A stretch of DNA of 20,198 nt, from the IMG/VR virus record IMGVR_UViG_3300028833_000129; one strand, 5' to 3'. Below are positions 17,032 through 20,198 of this stretch, in pieces. The notes under the pieces were generated by a model, which saw only the letters and a program-made list of their open reading frames with translations, was not told the origin of the DNA and did no database searches. Numbering within the stretch: the stretch's first letter is position 1; each line of letters starts with the position of its first letter. This DNA is from an uncultured virus (IMG/VR IMGVR_UViG_3300028833_000129). Lineage: Duplodnaviria > Heunggongvirae > Uroviricota > Caudoviricetes. The position numbers and the translations under genes were made by a program.

Positions 17032-17190
17032 ATGACAAAGAAAGAATTTCTAGAAGAACTAGATTCGCTTATTGATGCTGAAATGAACATCACAAACCTT
17101 CAAAGCGATGATTTTAATCCTGAAGTTTTACACACATTGTGGCACATCAAAGCAATGGCAATGGACTTGGATGAAGAATTGGAGGGTTAA
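17032..17190 (+). CDS. Small acidic 52-aa protein not in the ORF track
   Basis: MTKKEFLEELDSLIDAEMNITNLQSDDFNPEVLHTLWHIKAMAMDLDEELEG, with its own promoter-like box upstream and a terminator overlapping the stop. Confidence 0.7.
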   Translation: MTKKEFLEELDSLIDAEMNITNLQSDDFNPEVLHTLWHIKAMAMDLDEELEG

Positions 17191-17206
17191 AGCCCTCCAT
17201 TTTTTT
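17180..17206 (+). terminator. Rho-independent terminator
   Basis: TGGAGGGT-taaa-GCCCTCCA followed by TTTTTTT. Confidence 0.75.
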
Positions 17207-17208
17207 AT

Positions 17209-17266
17209 TTTAACAAAATTTAACGAAAATTGCTTTTGTTTTTAAATTTTTTTTTGTAAAATTGCA
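17209..17266 (+). promoter_or_regulatory. Putative Bacteroidota-type promoter with upstream TTTAAC tandem box
   Basis: TTTAACAAAATTTAACGAAAAT, then TTTG (17235-17238), then TAAAATTGCA (17257-17266). Confidence 0.6.
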
Positions 17267-17320
17267 ATATCAGAAGAATTTTTAAGAAATTATAAATAAT
17301 TATTTTAAAAACATTCAGTT

Positions 17321-18025
17321 ATGAAGATTGTAACAATTACAAAAGAGAGGGCTGAACAATTATTGCCCAAAAACATTCAGGAAACTACTGAACTTTCTGA
17401 AGATGCTAAAAAAGTATTAGCAGTTCTTATTAATTACATTGTCACCCTTGAAGTGGCAAAAAATGATGGCGCTATTGCCATTAACAATGAAGATTTAACA
17501 ATGTCTTGTGAATTTGGTAAAACAGGAAAAAACGAAAAGCGAACGCTTACAGCGGTGCAAGAATTAGTAGAAACTAAACTTGTCGTTAGGCAAAGGGGAA
17601 AAAAATGGGTGAAAGGAGAAAAACCGATGGCAAGCAAATATTTCATTAATTGGGATAATCTAAACAAGCCGGTTGTTAAGCCTACTTTGGAAGATTTACT
17701 AAAGGGTGTGAAGATGGTTCCGGACGGAATTTGCGCTATTGTATCTGTTAATGTATCTGATAATGTAAATGATAATGTTAATGTAGATGATAATGTATAT
17801 GTTAATGAAAGTGATACTATTACTAAGGTTGAACCTATTACTGATAATAACTTATGTAATAATAAAACATATTCATTACATAACAATGTTATCGGTAAAA
17901 CAAGTTCTCCGGTAGAAAAGAAAGTTAAAGAACAAGTTAAAACATTAAAAGACCTTGAACTAAAAAAGTTATTAGAAGAAGAACTTAGACAATGGGCTGA
18001 AAGAGTTAATAACCAAAAAACTTAA
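17321..18025 (+). CDS. Replication-initiator-like DNA-binding protein
   Basis: The N-terminal region looks winged-helix-like (AKKVLAVL..AVQELVETKLVVRQRG..SKYFINW). It is followed by a VNVSDNVNDNVNVDDNV linker of the kind seen in phage replication initiators. Confidence 0.5.
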   Translation: MKIVTITKERAEQLLPKNIQETTELSEDAKKVLAVLINYIVTLEVAKNDGAIAINNEDLTMSCEFGKTGKNEKRTLTAVQELVETKLVVRQRGKKWVKGEKPMASKYFINWDNLNKPVVKPTLEDLLKGVKMVPDGICAIVSVNVSDNVNDNVNVDDNVYVNESDTITKVEPITDNNLCNNKTYSLHNNVIGKTSSPVEKKVKEQVKTLKDLELKKLLEEELRQWAERVNNQKT

Positions 18026-18107
18026 CAAATGTAAACCTTATGTAATAGCATGAATGGAACGTAACGTTCTTTTTTTTAATTAATAAATAATATTAACAAA
18101 ATCACTT

Positions 18108-18914
18108 ATGAATATGAAAAAGTTATTGACAGAAAAGTGGGACAACTTCAAGAAATACATTTCTACCGGTAGAACTTATCAAGAGGTGTATGATGCTTAT
18201 GATAAGTTTTTCCATTGGTTATTAAATAAAATTAATGATACATCAACTGATGAAGAGGAAAACCTTTTATTAACAACACTGTATAAACTTTTCAGCAGTT
18301 CAACGAAATGGGCTGCATCAAATGGTGTAATTTTTAAATCCTATTCCAAGCAGTGGAATTGGAGACTAGTTAAAAGGGTTGGAACGTTTGTTAACGAATG
18401 TGAAAATGCTTCAAGGAATGGCCTTGTTGTCCTAACTGAACGGAGAATGATTATTTTCTCTAACCTTCTAAATGAAATGATGGATTCCAACGCTGACTTT
18501 GGTACGGTTGCATACTGTGCACAAATGATGCAACAAGGAAAGTTTATTAACTTCAAGGATTTGGCTGAACATGTTAGTAATCCAACGAAGAATGAAAAAA
18601 TGGACATTGGCGACAGCCCCTTCCTTGGCGACCCATACAAAGAAATGGTGTTTAGACATTATTACACCGGAGAGTTAATGACCATAGACCAATGCATAGA
18701 CAGTGGTGGAGACCCATTTGACCTAATACACATTGGTGGAGACCTTGATGGTTTACCAATACGCCCAAAAATAATAGAAAAGGTGACAGGTCTTAACATT
18801 TATCAGTTGGTTGAAAAGTATCCGGCAAAAATAACCACAACGGCTGAACCAATAAAACTTGACGAAGAGTTGGGCTTGGAAGTTATTGACGAAAAAAAGT
18901 TAACTGCCGGCTAA
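18108..18914 (+). CDS. Hypothetical protein
   Basis: 268-aa ORF with no motif recognised. Confidence 0.7.
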   Translation: MNMKKLLTEKWDNFKKYISTGRTYQEVYDAYDKFFHWLLNKINDTSTDEEENLLLTTLYKLFSSSTKWAASNGVIFKSYSKQWNWRLVKRVGTFVNECENASRNGLVVLTERRMIIFSNLLNEMMDSNADFGTVAYCAQMMQQGKFINFKDLAEHVSNPTKNEKMDIGDSPFLGDPYKEMVFRHYYTGELMTIDQCIDSGGDPFDLIHIGGDLDGLPIRPKIIEKVTGLNIYQLVEKYPAKITTTAEPIKLDEELGLEVIDEKKLTAG

Positions 18915-18931
18915 AAATAATACGTCAAAAA

Positions 18932-18965
18932 TTTGGTTTTTTCATTTTTTTTGTGTAAATTTGCA
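18932..18965 (+). promoter_or_regulatory. Bacteroidota primary-sigma promoter (-33/-7)
   Basis: TTTG (18932-18935), 20 nt spacer, TAAATTTG (18956-18963): full match to the TTTG/TAnnTTTG consensus. Confidence 0.7.
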
Positions 18966-18982
18966 TTGTAAAAGATTTGGCG

Positions 18983-19111
18983 ATGAAGAGGATGAAACTT
19001 AGGCAAAGAATGGAACTTGATAAGCAAATTTACATCAAAGCGGATAGCATATGGAAGGTAATAGAATATCAGCAACCAAAGAAATATACCGTTGGCAGTG
19101 TGTTCGGTTAA
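18983..19111 (+). CDS. Possible 42-aa small protein
   Basis: MKRMKLRQRMELDKQIYIKADSIWKVIEYQQPKKYTVGSVFG immediately downstream of a consensus promoter. Confidence 0.4.
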   Translation: MKRMKLRQRMELDKQIYIKADSIWKVIEYQQPKKYTVGSVFG

Positions 19112-19244
19112 AACTGCACAGTTAACCAAAATAAAGTATCGATGTGAAAGTGATGTTAATTGTTAACAATTGTGTCAATGGCTGTTGCTGAATAATACTA
19201 GTCAAAGTCAACGATAGCCATTTTTCAAAAAAACAATCGAAACT

Positions 19245-19652
19245 ATGAAAGATGTAGCGAAATACCTAGAACAGTTCAAGGAGAAAAAGGAAAAACAAAG
19301 GATTGCCATCCAAAAGAAAAAGAAGGAAGCAACTAGGCGAAAACTTAAAGAAATCTATAAACAACAAAAAGAAGCCATTCAGAGGGAGAAAAAAGAGCTA
19401 ACTGATAAACTTATCAGCCAAAGGCAAAAACCTCAACAGAAGCCTCCCAAATGGCTTGCAACGCCATTTAATAATAGTGTTGGCGATTCATTGTTTAACG
19501 AAGACAACTTGTATAGTTTCGAAGAATTGGTGAACATCGAAACATTATACCCAAACGAAGAGGGAAGGTTGGATTGGTTAAAGTTTAATGAACTAGTGGA
19601 AAAGGGGAGAAAAGAAATCGCAGAAATCCTAAACAGTAATTACCATATATGA
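19245..19652 (+). CDS. Hypothetical protein with a basic coiled-coil N-terminus
   Basis: 135 aa, K/Q/E-rich first half and acidic second half. Confidence 0.7.
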   Translation: MKDVAKYLEQFKEKKEKQRIAIQKKKKEATRRKLKEIYKQQKEAIQREKKELTDKLISQRQKPQQKPPKWLATPFNNSVGDSLFNEDNLYSFEELVNIETLYPNEEGRLDWLKFNELVEKGRKEIAEILNSNYHI

Positions 19653-19709
19653 ACCTCCGGCAGTAGGTCAAATAAAACTGTATAATTTTATTTTTATGTT
19701 ATTATTTTT

Positions 19710-19742
19710 GCTTCCCCATCTTAACCGGTGGGGAAGTGCTTT
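19710..19742 (+). terminator. Stem-loop / possible terminator
   Basis: GCTTCCCCATC / GGTGGGGAAGT inverted repeat with only a weak T-tract. Confidence 0.5.
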
Positions 19743-19752
19743 AAACTTAATT

Positions 19753-20198
19753 ATGAAAAAATTTATAATATATCTACGAAGAAATAAAGTTAATGGTAAG
19801 TGCTATGTGGGCCAGACTTGTGATTTTAAAGGAAGAGAATATAATTGGAGATGTTTAAAAGCAAGTTACTCTAATAAATACATTGATGAAGATAGAGCAA
19901 AGTATGGGCTAGACAATTGGACTGTAGAAATACTAGGCGAAGTTGATAACCAAGAAGATGCTTGGGAACTTGAACAACGCTTTATTATGGATTATAACAC
20001 TTTATGGCCGAATGGTTATAACCTTTCTAAAGGTGGTAGTGGGCACAATGGTTGTAAATTTTCTGATGAAACTAGAAAAAAAATATCAGAAGCATTAAAA
20101 GGCGAAAATAACCCATTGTATGGAAAACACCACTCTGATGAAACAAGACAAAAATTGTCAGAATCACATAAAGGTAAACACCACTCTGATGAAACTAG
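19753..20198 (+). CDS. GIY-YIG homing endonuclease with NUMOD3 repeats (3'-truncated, not in the ORF track)
   Basis: MKKFIIYLRRNKVNGKCYVGQT (IIY..YVG), catalytic-type R and ELEQRFI, NGYNLSKGG, then SDETRKKISEALKGENNPLYGKHHSDETRQKLSESHKGKHHSDET. Confidence 0.9.
   Translation, partial: MKKFIIYLRRNKVNGKCYVGQTCDFKGREYNWRCLKASYSNKYIDEDRAKYGLDNWTVEILGEVDNQEDAWELEQRFIMDYNTLWPNGYNLSKGGSGHNGCKFSDETRKKISEALKGENNPLYGKHHSDETRQKLSESHKGKHHSDET

Noticed and set aside
19449..19462. AAATGGCTTGCAAC (KWLAT) identical to 12159-12172
   Set aside because: Only 14 bp with no flanking similarity, so most likely chance.
15030..19750. tRNA or other known structured RNA genes in intergenic gaps
   Set aside because: No cloverleaf or T-loop GTTCGA context recognised; the hairpins are better explained as terminators or repeat elements.
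1..20198. Complete diversity-generating retroelement
   Set aside because: No reverse transcriptase and no non-coding template repeat are visible in the window.
1..20198. Stop-codon reassignment as in some gut phages
   Set aside because: Genes are long and tile densely in the standard code, with no fragmentation at TAG or TGA.

Overview
Fragment of an AT-rich tailed phage genome (Caudoviricetes) read in the standard genetic code. The host is very probably a Bacteroidota member, judging by TAnnTTTG-type -7 promoter boxes, A/T-rich leaders without Shine-Dalgarno sites and BACON-like domains. Bases 1-15030 are a co-oriented virion module: XkdF-like prohead protease/scaffold (5'-truncated), major capsid protein and a putative tube protein, then about 10.5 kb of adhesin-type genes, then portal and head-tail adaptor. 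The adhesin block has five BspA-type leucine-rich-repeat proteins, a tube-like/BACON multidomain protein, a YadA-head-like fibre and a glycosyltransferase. Bases 15030-20198 are an early/replication-type region: small divergent ORFs, a replication-initiator-like protein, unknown proteins and a 3'-truncated GIY-YIG/NUMOD3 endonuclease. The most notable unexplained structure is: (i) mix-and-match modules shared among the LRR adhesins; (ii) three related ~70 bp hairpin-type elements bracketing the small minus-strand genes; (iii) an identical AATATGTTTA 10-mer in four structural intergenic gaps; (iv) a TTTAACA-N3-TTTAAC tandem box at fixed distance from early promoters; (v) strong CCGG enrichment. 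All product calls come from motif recognition by eye, not database searches.
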